Shown here one piece after another: positions 44,701 through 53,600 of a stretch of 64,000 nt of DNA. The notes beneath the pieces are model-generated. The model saw nothing but the letters and a program-made list of their open reading frames with translations. It did not search any database and was not told the DNA's origin. The position numbers and the translations under genes are program-made. The first letter of the stretch is position 1; each line of letters starts with the position of its first letter. This DNA is from Rhynchopus sp. YZ270_cl-10 (Eukaryota): assembly GCA_964035575.1 (NCBI GenBank), contig OZ037833.1, positions 2,170,001 through 2,234,000 on the forward strand. Reading direction: 5' to 3'.

Positions 44701-45368
44701 TAGCTTTTGAGAAGATCACTGAGCGTTGTGCCTGCAACTGTCTCACATGAATATAAAAAGGCGAGGACACGTTCAGATGTGACATGTGGCAGCTCGCATA
44801 CCAATGCCGGTGGCAACGATGCACCGTAGTACAGTACCGCGCAAGGGTTCTCCGCCACGCTGTGTAGAACATCGAGCGCCTCCCACCCCGCCACACCACA
44901 CACAGCAGGCACCTCACGCTGGAGTTCGTAGAGGGTGAGAATGTCGCGTGTCGCAAAGATGGCGTGGATAGCGTTGTCCACCTGCTTGCATTTTGCCGCA
45001 TAGGCGGAGAGGGAAGGGATCACGTCAATGGAGACGGCAAGCTTGCGCCACTCATGCACCTTGAAGTGGTAGGCGACCTGCGCAAGGAGGCGAGGGAAGG
45101 TGAGGCTGCTGCAGGGGTGGGTTGGGTCCTGCTTGCGGTTGTGCCGGATGATTGCGAGCAGCTTGGATACATAGCGTTCGATGACACCACGCTTCTCAGA
45201 CGCAGCGAGGTGCACACCTGACGTCTGCGACGGGGGCACGTGACGCAGATCAACCACCTTGTTAGCAGGCATCTCCCCTGCCATCTCTGCGCGTGCATAC
45301 ACTTCTCTTGTCGCAATACTCTCTTCTGGTCTATCCCCAGGGTCAAAACCCTTCGCGAAATGGCTCAT
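35703..45368 (-). CDS. NO VEIN/sacsin-like GHKL ATPase with PDZ-like domain, CCHC zinc knuckle and C-terminal DUF3883 (NOV_C) nuclease-like domain
   Basis: Uninterrupted 3221-aa ORF. GHKL motifs HFVLELIQNADDN, NEVGFTSKNISALCDVGSSTK, IGMKGIGFKSVF (~41700-41970). Knuckle CYACGEAGHRVAEC (~36700-36740). C-terminal GRWGEQFVYQYL...SYDI...YVEVKTT...FEVSHRE. Confidence 0.9.
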   Translation of the reverse strand: MSHFAKGFDPGDRPEESIATREVYARAEMAGEMPANKVVDLRHVPPSQTSGVHLAASEKRGVIERYVSKLLAIIRHNRKQDPTHPCSSLTFPRLLAQVAYHFKVHEWRKLAVSIDVIPSLSAYAAKCKQVDNAIHAIFATRDILTLYELQREVPAVCGVAGWEALDVLHSVAENPCAVLYYGASLPPALVCELPHVTSERVLAFLYSCETVAGTTLSDLLKSYAAAAAIKHPDFTPAAFQETPELMGVWVRSIGVLMELVDTEKRRINAVLERQKAKGQLSDDAVRMASWLARVVLSGAPNEAAQTNTLKGPTVRKVYLHTRSARPAEQALVTSTLRSLLYPAIDPNFDSENDYASSSASKESSDSSDSSDSSEEESTSDSEVQRPKRRRTSLAAALEKKVDLKEKKLRKRAARRNTAKRDEINEAILQNHLQRQAEAEAYKSLGIATREDVVSTIRSTLKELPVAEWHLPATYHRIQTSIEAAHTASVHAVSAKVGPLPSLILEAVQGVAVKGQITGKPFDSDKMQDIESESSDEESVLPEEERLALALGGVAKALPQAGEEWEDQGDAEEEEASDVVDELVRHTSMSLPLGTARRFVSFIANVERRCVEAVSSAASQTLPSFAHLRLGSFLDFIATHRADHCTLLQSAHLMYLKAAARIAKDQERLSPSHALHLIPLRTAEGEKAVECVSAVPGSLAGSMASFVVNVGLSDEADDRARESAGVVAGDVEGVLRRALLGGSCPESVWASEGAAHLKMLLEHMFPNIVHNEAVATAAVRAVAERLHTAHTTDTPRHILSFASICDDGFLRTIGITQPQLKPATLCFPSSDALVEHITTGLPLLCNIKAQLHWDTLFLPTYGELCAFLTQKNVNFLVDGSFHNVVCNGVRVASPEEVYAMGCGGDVAVRRFKAALEGGDVLTACHSLLSYVAEGRSGGADIQMFAECCAGVYRSFADEAQRVRVVIAAVAALPTSAVALFAHSVFVSPLILTTPSAISHILSHCPDVHSPQTLQLLHMLSSCGHASVVKLKIPSMLATPVETVAAPAVVSVAVPTSREEKEEKEEKVEKVVEKKAVPAVEGGVEGAPCSVVKQILRSEFGDGVELDDEGGKLLKTNLARLGRAIQRLASDLYSSDVHFVLELIQNADDNKYNLSGADVPTLCFDLTPSAVVISNNEVGFTSKNISALCDVGSSTKANTEGYIGMKGIGFKSVFRVTSCPEIHSNGFHINFDIDPKGNGNMGYIKPTWLGDEEDAGHPERLAVEERSTFGTQVVLPLLPELLDPRNRDALLEKVEDVHPSLLLFLRNLRRLVVRDHVNGMSRVMTRTDLSSTDASSDIIQVSNNEKVHTWLLKKRNFSSEIVRKDNRGHVATTELALAFPLDEVNGERDEMMVFAFLPLRACGLKFVLQGDWTIPTSREDIDSSSPWNQWLRSKVAPLFVESLESFKSYYGPDQHPKAVTNFLTYIPEGHGVFSFFKPVVSAVRTLLSRSTCLLTSEGEWVVPGDVIAVPDALAAQPCCISSVVAPQQLLLEAVGKRYLHPQIEIPDKILRHLGIGMFGVPELMDVLLRKVQAQRGDTAQYMQWLCRWILCLVTLFEGRCGASAVAPAYQAAVLEKLRTLPFIPTISSDTTVLTSLKQGVVFSSSSADASFEMDPRYDVFLAEMRLLNEDVLRLDTESPEEAAAAAVSVRRFFDRVGVRRLTPIDVVAQHVVPFYKKVVASKVDAATARLLRATLLFVAHHHHALPESLVKELAQHILVETNKGYVSPKATTVLFSTPYVACRANASEAVHNIGPERFYLKHFSTTRSTSCKDPSNFTVLSEIYSEMEQDTQHDEEDNNVLGMEGWVRLFRLFGVAWFFVPCVRRVQVRDHTKSAWQNVEWPFPTQGMDLNDAECPELQTALSSLIATYEEVKKAQAGCTDSFESASCLARLSAVLSCLTCIAEELDTHWDNTYHRFAAALPAGNVTQRASSARLPSSFALILRTLPWVPCTGNVLRRPSEILKRTPEVTRMLKGAVSCPLTNAIANEKMTVVMGIRTTIIPEDLVHALIKWSDSSMTRPFHSPVSDMNEIYTFLRKAAASGTLSDDCSGVLRNKAVLFVPRNGSAEVESTVAVRGVFLSASEVSWTDPIADLLRDRKEGRDPLRGLKGPQHTMNVVGQGSFHNRITTPCLQHCYGSAAEAENFFCRVVGVKKAHSFADYCTFMGLISEVALNTKASDGDAALVAIVGERRAGLHTSYGLQEVSEYAMASAERWSADLVQNADHFPSVQATYTALTKGLQAARLFEIHSPYEAAPSLHRVADGLLVNDLPPAIAHSVTLRLQANPPLPFVVIKPPPMLSLSKAIPALSQLYKATLLGDRAEVSVVANTVMWKETKRLHQLLIAALPYLQRYVTSKHPAVLKQLTPEKGVGSVSVRVVRGMVCKTTLRDEKSDTDYVFDSENAAVLAAQEVLHVRASHTGEYSDITTELLRHAGVTPRELSDKDDDFTVMLDFTHRVMLQIASGDEAGVEKYCLDHNVARLPTETPIWSMTTLPQAPSEVAPTKMFPSTSFNPSSAKPDQEYVPLDQAAEDRLMRLDEEVTAELKEEAKEAKEVATVDPNNANVRATLEEGNEENQEQQRKALEAKMLQTVASNVEKGEGGSAAGGNQSVLMSAALVPTDLRKYLQILRAWTADGRVQFVVLQRESITQKLGLQFQAQSLVIKGHTPDTPAAAKACELPVGFFVLACNGTPVRNMGELKVQLPRAANVVIGICPDGFPEDPEAYLAVNAIQPVPPRPKREHTDGILNAMDDTQNTQSKVSFAPSKPHTERKPQHTPRFSSGTPLFDSDGRKIGFIDDSGTLVPTEPQAPVTAPPFPPLPPGGGKGKGAKGGKGGKAGAVFCYACGEAGHRVAECPKVKAGEVEMGVHGKAQTQPQASSETVGDASKMFFSGGSDADPKQGDNNNTNTNTNLIGEKRKREDDGAGRPSGFGPGGEGGAEGGAEAGGGGGDDTLEAALQHGGPRFGIWGEQSDTKGKGGKNKFPRMEKGMGKGGGKKGEGKGDKGGKKGEFSRLKMEPSNKDAERAGKGRSATEDDGYAKIGRWGEQFVYQYLSRRAGRNTEYSWVNDEEETGASYDIVERRTDTNTGTVQVKYVEVKTTVSAVKMFFEVSHRELQFAQASGENYTIIRVFSAGTRDARIISINNPFAEIQKGSLLISGTLRMTMIPLHQQANKVIEAKQHSLRKV

Positions 45369-45771
45369 TTTGTGAGCTCAATTCTGTGCAAAAAATGGTG
45401 GCTTTGGGTGGGCGAGGAAAGAAGGGAGGAAGGGAAGTTGAAAAAAAAAAGGGTAATTTTGCTACGTTGGTGGGTATTATGAGAAAAGGGGGGGTGTTTT
45501 GACAAGCAAAACACTGAAACGACACCAGTGGAAACATGGCAGACGCGGAAAGGTCAGAGCAACCCTTTTTTTTGTTGTCTGCAATTCCCGCAATACTCCT
45601 GGGGGAGCGGGACAAAAATAAGATCAATTGCTAAAGTCTATGACTCTCTACGTCATCACCTCTAAGCACTCCGCAAAGTGTAGGTACATCCCTTCCCCTC
45701 CCAGCATCATCACACTACAACCCTTCCTCATAAAGGCATATTTTTAAACCAAAAAGTCGGGGTTTTTCCCT

Positions 45772-46359
45772 TCACAGCTCTTTTGAACCTTCCTTTTCAT
45801 TTATCGCTTTTTGAATGAGATCCAACATTTTTTGTCCTGGATAAGTGTCTTCATGCAATCGGGAATCCTCACAGATTGCCGCACAAAGTACTTTCGAGAA
45901 TGAGTTGAAGGTCACGGTGTGGTTTGGTTGGCCGCATTTTAGGAGAATAGGGTCTGTATGGTCTTCACGGTCTGCGAGGACTTCGAGAAGCAAATTGAAG
46001 CGTTTTGTGTCCTTTCTCTTTGCGGAGGAGGCTGTGGTTTGTTCAATACGATGACGTTCTGCGGGGCTGTTCGCGTACTTCTTGAGAATCTCTGCTGCAG
46101 GCTTGTATATCCCAAAGTCTTCCTCCGCCTTGGGCTGCGACCACATCCACTGCACCACTGCACGCTCCACCCCCTTCTCCTTCACATCCTCAGCCCACAC
46201 CTCAGCATACATCCCCTGAGGACGCACCCTCCCACACAACCCAACCAACTCCTCCGCAAGCACCAAACACGCATCACACCCCCTTCCACCCCCGAACCCC
46301 TTCGACCTTACCTTACCCCATACTACAGCCGCGCTCAATAGTAAAATTAAAACCCGCAT
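45772..46359 (-). CDS. Secretory-pathway protein, saposin-like/Canopy (DUF3456)-like, possibly ER-retained
   Basis: Signal peptide MRVLILLLSAAVVWG. N-terminal CDACLVLAEEL and C-terminal LCAAICED cysteine pairs. Ends in -SKEL, a KDEL-like sequence. Confidence 0.65.
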   Translation of the reverse strand: MRVLILLLSAAVVWGKVRSKGFGGGRGCDACLVLAEELVGLCGRVRPQGMYAEVWAEDVKEKGVERAVVQWMWSQPKAEEDFGIYKPAAEILKKYANSPAERHRIEQTTASSAKRKDTKRFNLLLEVLADREDHTDPILLKCGQPNHTVTFNSFSKVLCAAICEDSRLHEDTYPGQKMLDLIQKAINEKEGSKEL

Positions 46360-47324
46360 TTTTTTTTTTTTTGGAGAAAAAAAAATTACTGTTGTCTTCC
46401 CATAGAGGAGGGGGTGCGAGCATGTGACGGAGAGGGGGGGGGAAAGGAGAGATTTTGCTATTTTTGTGCACCTCTGCCGAAAGACATAAGGCTTTGCGGT
46501 ATGGGAGGGTGGAGGGAGAGGGGAGAGGAGAGAGGCCAGTCCTCAGGCTTCTGGTGGTATCTCCAACAGCAAGGTAGGGGGGTGAGGTGCCCTACCCATA
46601 AGTGCCCCAAAAAAAACACCGGTATTTTTGGAATCTGTGCGTGTCGGTGGTGGGGTTAATTTGACAAAATGGAGAAGTTCTTGGTTTTGATCAATTTCCT
46701 CACACTGCAGGGGATTCACGGAAGGAACCTAAAATGCCAGCTTTCCGACCAGAAGAAGGAGGAAAGGGGAAGGGGAAGCGGGGGGTTTTTACAGTACAGT
46801 AGAGGGGTTAAATACAGTGCAAAGTGGTGGCTGGGAATTGCTTAGTTCTCGTCTTCATTCTCTTCTTCTTCTTGGAGAGGTTCCAGACGATCCGTGAGTG
46901 CTTGATCACGACACAGACGCTGCCCTAATGTGTACCCTCACCACGAAGTGCAGGCTTACTGTGGTAGGCAAGGCATTCGGTAGTCTCCAGATATGGGCCA
47001 CTAGAGGAAGACAAATATGATGAACACGAGAACTAAGCAATTGCCAACGACCACTTTGCACTCCCTCCCCTGTACTGTTAAAGAACCGCCCCTTCCCCTT
47101 TCCTCCTTCAAATTGATCAAAACCAAGAACTTCTCCATTTTGACAAATTGACCCTATCACTGGGATATATTCCAAAAATGTATACGGTGATGTTTCGGGC
47201 ACTTTTGAAGGTTTGTGGGGGTAGGGCACCCCACCCCACCCTCCCCCTCCCACGGGGGAATGATTGCAAATAGAAATCTGCAAAAAGGGAAGATAGAACG
47301 AAAGAAGAAAAATGGCCCACAGAT

Positions 47325-48215
47325 CTACATCTCCCAGGCACCGCACCGTTTGGCTGTACCGGCAGCGTTTGGGGTAAGAGAGGAGTATGTTCGTCGTCGT
47401 TGCACTGTGCGTGGGCGGGGTACAGTTTCAAGTATGTGAGAGAGACGTGAGTATGTATTGTACGACGCAAACCCTGTGGTCGGTGTTGCTGACTGGGCAC
47501 GCGCCGAGGCTAATGCATCTTGCGCCTCGAGGAGCCGGCCGCACACCGAGTCAAAAGAAGACTTCCGCTGTTCACCCCCCTTCACCCCACCCTCTGAAGC
47601 TGTATCCGTCAGAGACACAGTATCCGCTGCGCCGTTGCGCCGCGTAAACCACATCCCCGACTCGCTCCGCGTTGCAGTGAACGAATCGACCAGACTATCC
47701 AAGGTGTCGCTGTCCAGAGGGTCGTCTCGGATGGGCTTCGTCAGCGTCGGGTGTTGGTAGTTGAAGACATGGTTGGGTGAGAAGCTGCTGTACATAGGCA
47801 CGTCATAGCTGTCAAGCGCGCTGGGCTGGTCTGGGTTGAGGTATACTTCCTGCACGCGGCAGGGCTTCACCACACCGTTGGCCACCTTTTGCGGGATTCT
47901 GTTTGGCTTCATTGCCACCTCTTTGGCAGCCTTTCGGTGCGACTTCTCTGAACGCGTTGCATGGGAACGTTGCGTCTGAGACCCATGTGTCCCATGGCCT
48001 TTCTTCTCCTTACGACCCCACAGCCGCTCGGTAAGCACCATCTGTCTGTTCTTCACCATAGCCTCGCCTGCCACCCGCTGTTCATAGCTCTTATACTTTG
48101 CTAGCGCCAATCTCTCGGACAACAGATTTGAACGCGTTTTGCCAAACCTACGCGAATCAGGAGGCGGTGTCGGCAAGGCATACACAGGCGCAAGGCTTGC
48201 GATACAATCCGGCAT
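47325..48215 (-). CDS. Hypothetical basic/disordered protein (296 aa)
   Basis: ATG-initiated ORF with coding-like composition, co-oriented with the cluster. No domain recognised. Confidence 0.55.
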   Translation of the reverse strand: MPDCIASLAPVYALPTPPPDSRRFGKTRSNLLSERLALAKYKSYEQRVAGEAMVKNRQMVLTERLWGRKEKKGHGTHGSQTQRSHATRSEKSHRKAAKEVAMKPNRIPQKVANGVVKPCRVQEVYLNPDQPSALDSYDVPMYSSFSPNHVFNYQHPTLTKPIRDDPLDSDTLDSLVDSFTATRSESGMWFTRRNGAADTVSLTDTASEGGVKGGEQRKSSFDSVCGRLLEAQDALASARAQSATPTTGFASYNTYSRLSHILETVPRPRTVQRRRTYSSLTPNAAGTAKRCGAWEM

Positions 48216-50612
48216 GTCATAAACTGAACCTTCAAGGGGGTTTGTTTGTGTTCAACCCACCCCACACCCCACACCCCACCCCAAGCTGAAGGTACACCCA
48301 CCTCTTCAGACAGTCCCACCCCCCTCCCTCCCCTCCCCCGCACATCGTTGCCACATAGGCATACATTGTCAGCACAGCTGATTGCCCGCAACACTGCGAC
48401 AAAGACGCTTCTGAGACCGTTCTCCTCTACAGTATCGGTGGAACCGACAACGAGAGAGAGACTGACGTCGTGAGAAGGTACGTCCGATCTCCAAGCAACT
48501 ATCATACACCTGGCTGATCAGAAGCTGAACACCGCTGTGTGATAGGCATAGTGAAGGGTATCGCAGGTTTTAACCTAACTTGCTGCAATCCGTCACAACA
48601 CGGGGTTGGTTGTGGAGTGCAGCGTTGGACGGCGCTTCTCATGGGAGTGACGCCAAAGCAGAAGGGTGCGACCGTGCGAAGGAGCTGATGAAGTGTCAAC
48701 GACACAACATCGAGGTGCTCGGCATGCGCACGGCTGAACCTCCACTAAGAAGCAGCTTCACCTCAGCGAGGCCTCTCAAATAAATGTACTGTCCACAGGA
48801 AGGGACAAATTTCCCACAACCCACCCACCCCGAGAGTCCAAGGGTCAGAGAATTGGAGCGAGGCTGCAATGAAGCAGCAAAGCAACTCAACGTGCCAGTG
48901 AAGCAGTGGGGGATACCTACTGCATGCAACGCGACTGCCCTCCCACACCAACCCGTCCACACACCAACCCGTTGCCCACCAACTCAGATTAGTGTGGTTG
49001 TCATCTCAGCATTCCATCCAAAGTGCACAGTGTGTCGTGGCAACCTCGGGAAATAACCATACCCAGTACCCAAACCACAGAGCAGAACTGCGTAATAGGC
49101 CAGAAGACATCCAACCACAAAAATAAACCCAAACAACCGCCCAAATCCCAACCCATGAATCGCGAATAGGAGAACTGTGCAACGGCCAGTGCGTCAGCTG
49201 TCCAACACGTCTACAGAACACCAAGAAAGGGAGAGGGGGTTTGGTACGCTGCTCCACAGAGTGAGGAAGAGTGAGAGGGGGTTGGTACGAACAGCAGGAG
49301 ATGAGAGGACTGAAAGCAGGCAAATGTAACAAAAAAAAAACCCCCCTCTTCTTTTTTTTCCTGTTTATCAAAGCTCGTTTGTCATTGCATTAATTTTTGA
49401 CGGGATTTTGTTGTTTCTCCTTACTTTTTTTGTTGCGTTTTCCATTCGTTAGTCGCACATTTCCGTGCCTTTACTTGCTCCAATGTCTTGTTAAGAGAGG
49501 CTTGGATTGTCCTCTGTACATACAAAGACGGGGTGCCAGTTGAAGAGGACAAAAAAAGAAAAGAAAAAGAGACATAAAAGATACGTTCGTGCAGTCAACC
49601 CTGCACAATGCCCCATCCTGCCAGCCCCACGTCACACAGAACAACATCACAACGCGTGTTTAATACAAAACACACAAAATAATACAAAACGTCGACACAA
49701 AATCAAAAATCAAAAATCAAAAACAGCAAATAAATGGTAGTTATTGATGCAGACACCTCGATGAACGCATAAAATAAAATAAATAAAAAGGTAAAAAATG
49801 AAGTTCGTGAGATGAACCGAAGCCTCGTGTGTTTGGTCAACTCAGTCACCTTGAAAAGAAAAAAGAAAAGGAAAAAAAGAGGGGCAAAAACAGAAACTAA
49901 TAAATGAGGAGTAAGGGGAAAAAGGGGGGGAAGGAGACAAATATGAATGTGAGAGAAAAGGGAGAATGGCAGTTCCAGAGACAGTCCAGAAAAGCTGAAG
50001 GACGTGAACTCACGTGCACACACATCAGAAAAAATACAGTGATTTTTGCTCCCTATTCCCATCAAAAGTGAATTGACGACATGGGAAGAAAAACACACTG
50101 GTTCTGTTTGTTTGTTTGTTTGCTTGTTTTATTTTTCTTTTTTTCCTTTTTTTTGTTTGAAAACTTGGTTGTATCAGTGTAGACACACATATTTACTTTA
50201 TTTTGGTTTTATATAGAAAAACATATCATATTGTCTCCAAGAAAAAGGAGTAAAACTTTGAAGAATGAACGTGCCTCACACAAGGCAACACGCATCTGAA
50301 AAAGGAAAAAAAAGGGAAACCCGAAAAGAACCCCACCATGTGTGCTTCACCAACCGAACGAGATGGGAAGCATATTACGCAAACAGCGTAAAGAAAAAAT
50401 TCTTAAAAATACAAAACCCAAAAATAAAAACACCTCAAAGGACACAGACACCGGGGAAAAATAAAAACCAACGTAAAGCGCGTAACATGGAAAAGGGAAA
50501 CAGGGATTGGCTAGTCAATATCCCTGTATTGCACAGATCCAGAGGCTACTTTTTTTTTTTCTTATAAACAAAGAGCGTTGGCAGGAAAGTAAGGTTATGT
50601 CCGGTGTTGCGT

Positions 50613-53600
50613 TTATTCCTCATCCCCACAGTCGGCGACAGAGCCGTCTGTATCCGCCCTGAGACGTGACACACGCTCATCCTCTTCCATGTCCTCAGTG
50701 GCCTGTCTCAGCAACATGTTGCTGTGCTGGTTCTCCTTGACCTCTTTACGCAGCCTCATCAACTCGCGTGACTGTGAGCTGTTTTTTGCATCCAGTGTCA
50801 GTTTCGCATTGCGAGATTGTTCTTCGTTCTTCTCCATCTCCTTTATCTTTCTTTTCAATGATTCCAATTCCTTGTCCTGTGGGCAGCAAAGAGATGGGGA
50901 TGGGGAGTGTGAAAATGTATATTTACAACAAAAAAATAAAAAAACACGCGCACACAAAACATAAAACCTAGTTGAAACGTACTAAAACACAGCTCGGTCT
51001 CGGGGAAAGTATGAATAAAAAAAAATACAAACTACAATACCTTTGCTCTCAGAAGATGAGTATCCTCGTCCTTCCTCTGAGCCTCCAAGGCAGCCTCCTG
51101 GTCCTCGTCGTAGCTTGCTCCTTGCTGGAGACCCATCCCAGAAGACGCCCCACGCAGCAGTGCAGTTGACATTGAAGACGACTGACGCTGGAGACCACCT
51201 GCAGACTCCTGGCGGCCGTGCTTGTCAAGCCCCCCTGCAAACGACTCGGACTGGTCCATCAGCAGCGCAGTCTCCTCACGCTCCAGCTCCTCCTCAAGCT
51301 CAGCACCGGCAGCGCGGACAGAGATCTCAAACACACCGGGCACCTTGCACTTGATCTTGCTGAGCTGCTTCACCACGTCGTCCACAGACCGCACATGTGT
51401 GTCGCACACACGCAGCAACACCATGCCCTCGGTGACGCCTGCGTGGTCTGCAGCACCGCCGTGGTGGACACCTGCAATGTGCACCAATGCAGGCTTGTCA
51501 TCACCCTCCTCACACTCCAAGTCCCACCCAAGTGCATCGGACGGCACTGACACAATACCCGTGGCCGCGTCCACAGTGTGCTCCTCCTCCACGTCTGCGA
51601 GTGCAATCCAGCACGGCAGCTCCTGCAGCTCAGCACCCTGCTCCGAGTACACCTTGGCGTTGATGTATGTGCGCAGACGGCGCATCTTGCGCTTTGCGTA
51701 GCGAATGAAGGCAACAATGTGCTTCGCACGCAGGCCCTTGAAGGCGTGCACAGCGTGCACCTCCAGCTCCTCGTCCTCGTATGCAAGGTACATCACACGC
51801 TCGTACAGCATCTCGTGCAGGTCCCCAGATCCGTCCTTGGTTGCTTGCGACAGCTGCTCCGCCTGCTCCAAGAGCTCCGTAATCTCGTCGACCATGTCCC
51901 TCGCCCCCTTTGTCTTCAGCGACAGGCGGAACGCAGACTCCACCTTCTCAAGCGTGGCATCGTCAATCTCCTCCTGCAGCTCGTCTGAGATGTGTGCTGT
52001 CAGCCAGTCGCACACAGCGATCTTGTCCAGGAACATCTTGATCACGTAGCGTAGGTTTCCAACATGCAGTGCGTTGAACATCCCCGGGTGCTGCTGCAGG
52101 ATTGGTGTCACCATGTGGTCTGTGTATGTCTTCGTCAGCACAGACCCAAGTGTCTCGTCGCCACGCAGCTTCTTGTCGTTGAAGACCTCAACAAGCACAT
52201 CCAGGATAATTGTGTTCTGCTCCTCTGTGAACATCCTTGTTGTCCGGTGCAGTGTCGCCATGTCGTGCTCCTTCACAGCGCGTGCGTGTCTGCTGCTCTG
52301 AAGGGCAAGTGCCTCTCTTGCAGCCTGCTCCTTCACCCCAGAGGTTTCCTCCTTCTCTTCGTTGCTGAAGCGGAAGTCCTGTGTGTGGTGTTGGGATGGG
52401 TTGTGTTGGGCTTAGGGAAGTGGTAGGTGGTACGCTGAAAACAGGGAAAACAAGAATTGGGAACTGGGAATTAGGAATTGGGGTATGTGGTGTTTGAAAT
52501 CAGTTCTGGGTAATTCCTGTGCGGAATATTGCCCATGTGTGTAGTGTGTAGTGCGTGGTGGGTGGAGCAACATACCGGCAAGTAAGCGTTTGTGAGCTTC
52601 GGGATAATCAGACCAGATGCGTAGGAAATCTCCTTCTCAATGCCTCCCCAGTTAATCTGCAATGCAACAAAATGTGAAGTTAATTAGAAGATGTTCATAA
52701 ACATTGCAAGATGTAAAAACAAAGATGCTTAAGAACCCCAGCACAGAAAGAACACAAAGAAACCACATACCTTGCCGTGCTCGTCCACGTGCGAACGGCA
52801 CACTTCTGCCAGACCCTTGTGCTCACGCAACATCAGGTCAGGCTTCGACGGGTTCAGGTTCCCTGGGTCCACGTCCCCAATTTGCACACCCGTGTATTCC
52901 TGCAGGATGCTCTGGCACTCGTTGTACTGTAGAGAGAGGGGGGGAAGAGAGATTGGATGAGATGAACAGGAGAAAAAGCAGAATGAATAAAAATAGACAC
53001 AGAATAAAGATATCACCAAACAACGACAAAGCCGAACACATACCTTGTCTGTGAGCGAAAGCAGCGCAGCCTTGATCAAGTTCTTGTGCTCACCATCACC
53101 ATCAGTGGGCATGGTAATCCAAAAGTCAAGGGTGTCGGGAAGACCTGCAGCACCAATCTGCTCCTCAGTCTCACTCATCTCAATGTTGATTCCACCCTCC
53201 TCGCACTCAAAGTCAATGGGCCCAACCTTGTCACGGAACTGGTTCCACTTCGTTTTGATCGAGTGGAGCTGCTCAGATGCCATGCGGTACTGCGACGGTG
53301 GTGTGTGCTGGCGGAACAGACCGAGCACAGACACCAAGGGCGTGCGCACCTCCTCGCCAGTGTCGCCAGTGCTCATGGCGGGAAGGATGTACGACAGCAT
53401 GCGGTGCACACGCATCGAGAAGCTGTACACCTCGCAGATCAGCGGGGCAAGCAGAGAGAGCTTGTCCTTGTGGTGGCGTGTCATCGCCAGCAGCTTCGGC
53501 AGCTCCTGTGCAGGCATGCGCTCCAGCTCAGAGTACACCTCCTCGCTCCTGCTCAGGTTGCGCGGCTTCTGGCCTGTGAAGCGCGACAGGTCTGCGTTCG

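Noticed and set aside
48560..49120. Possible decayed tyrosine-recombinase fragment (LGMRTAE, QHSI) on the + strand
   Set aside because: Only two very short motif look-alikes in broken reading frames. Not supportable without a profile search.
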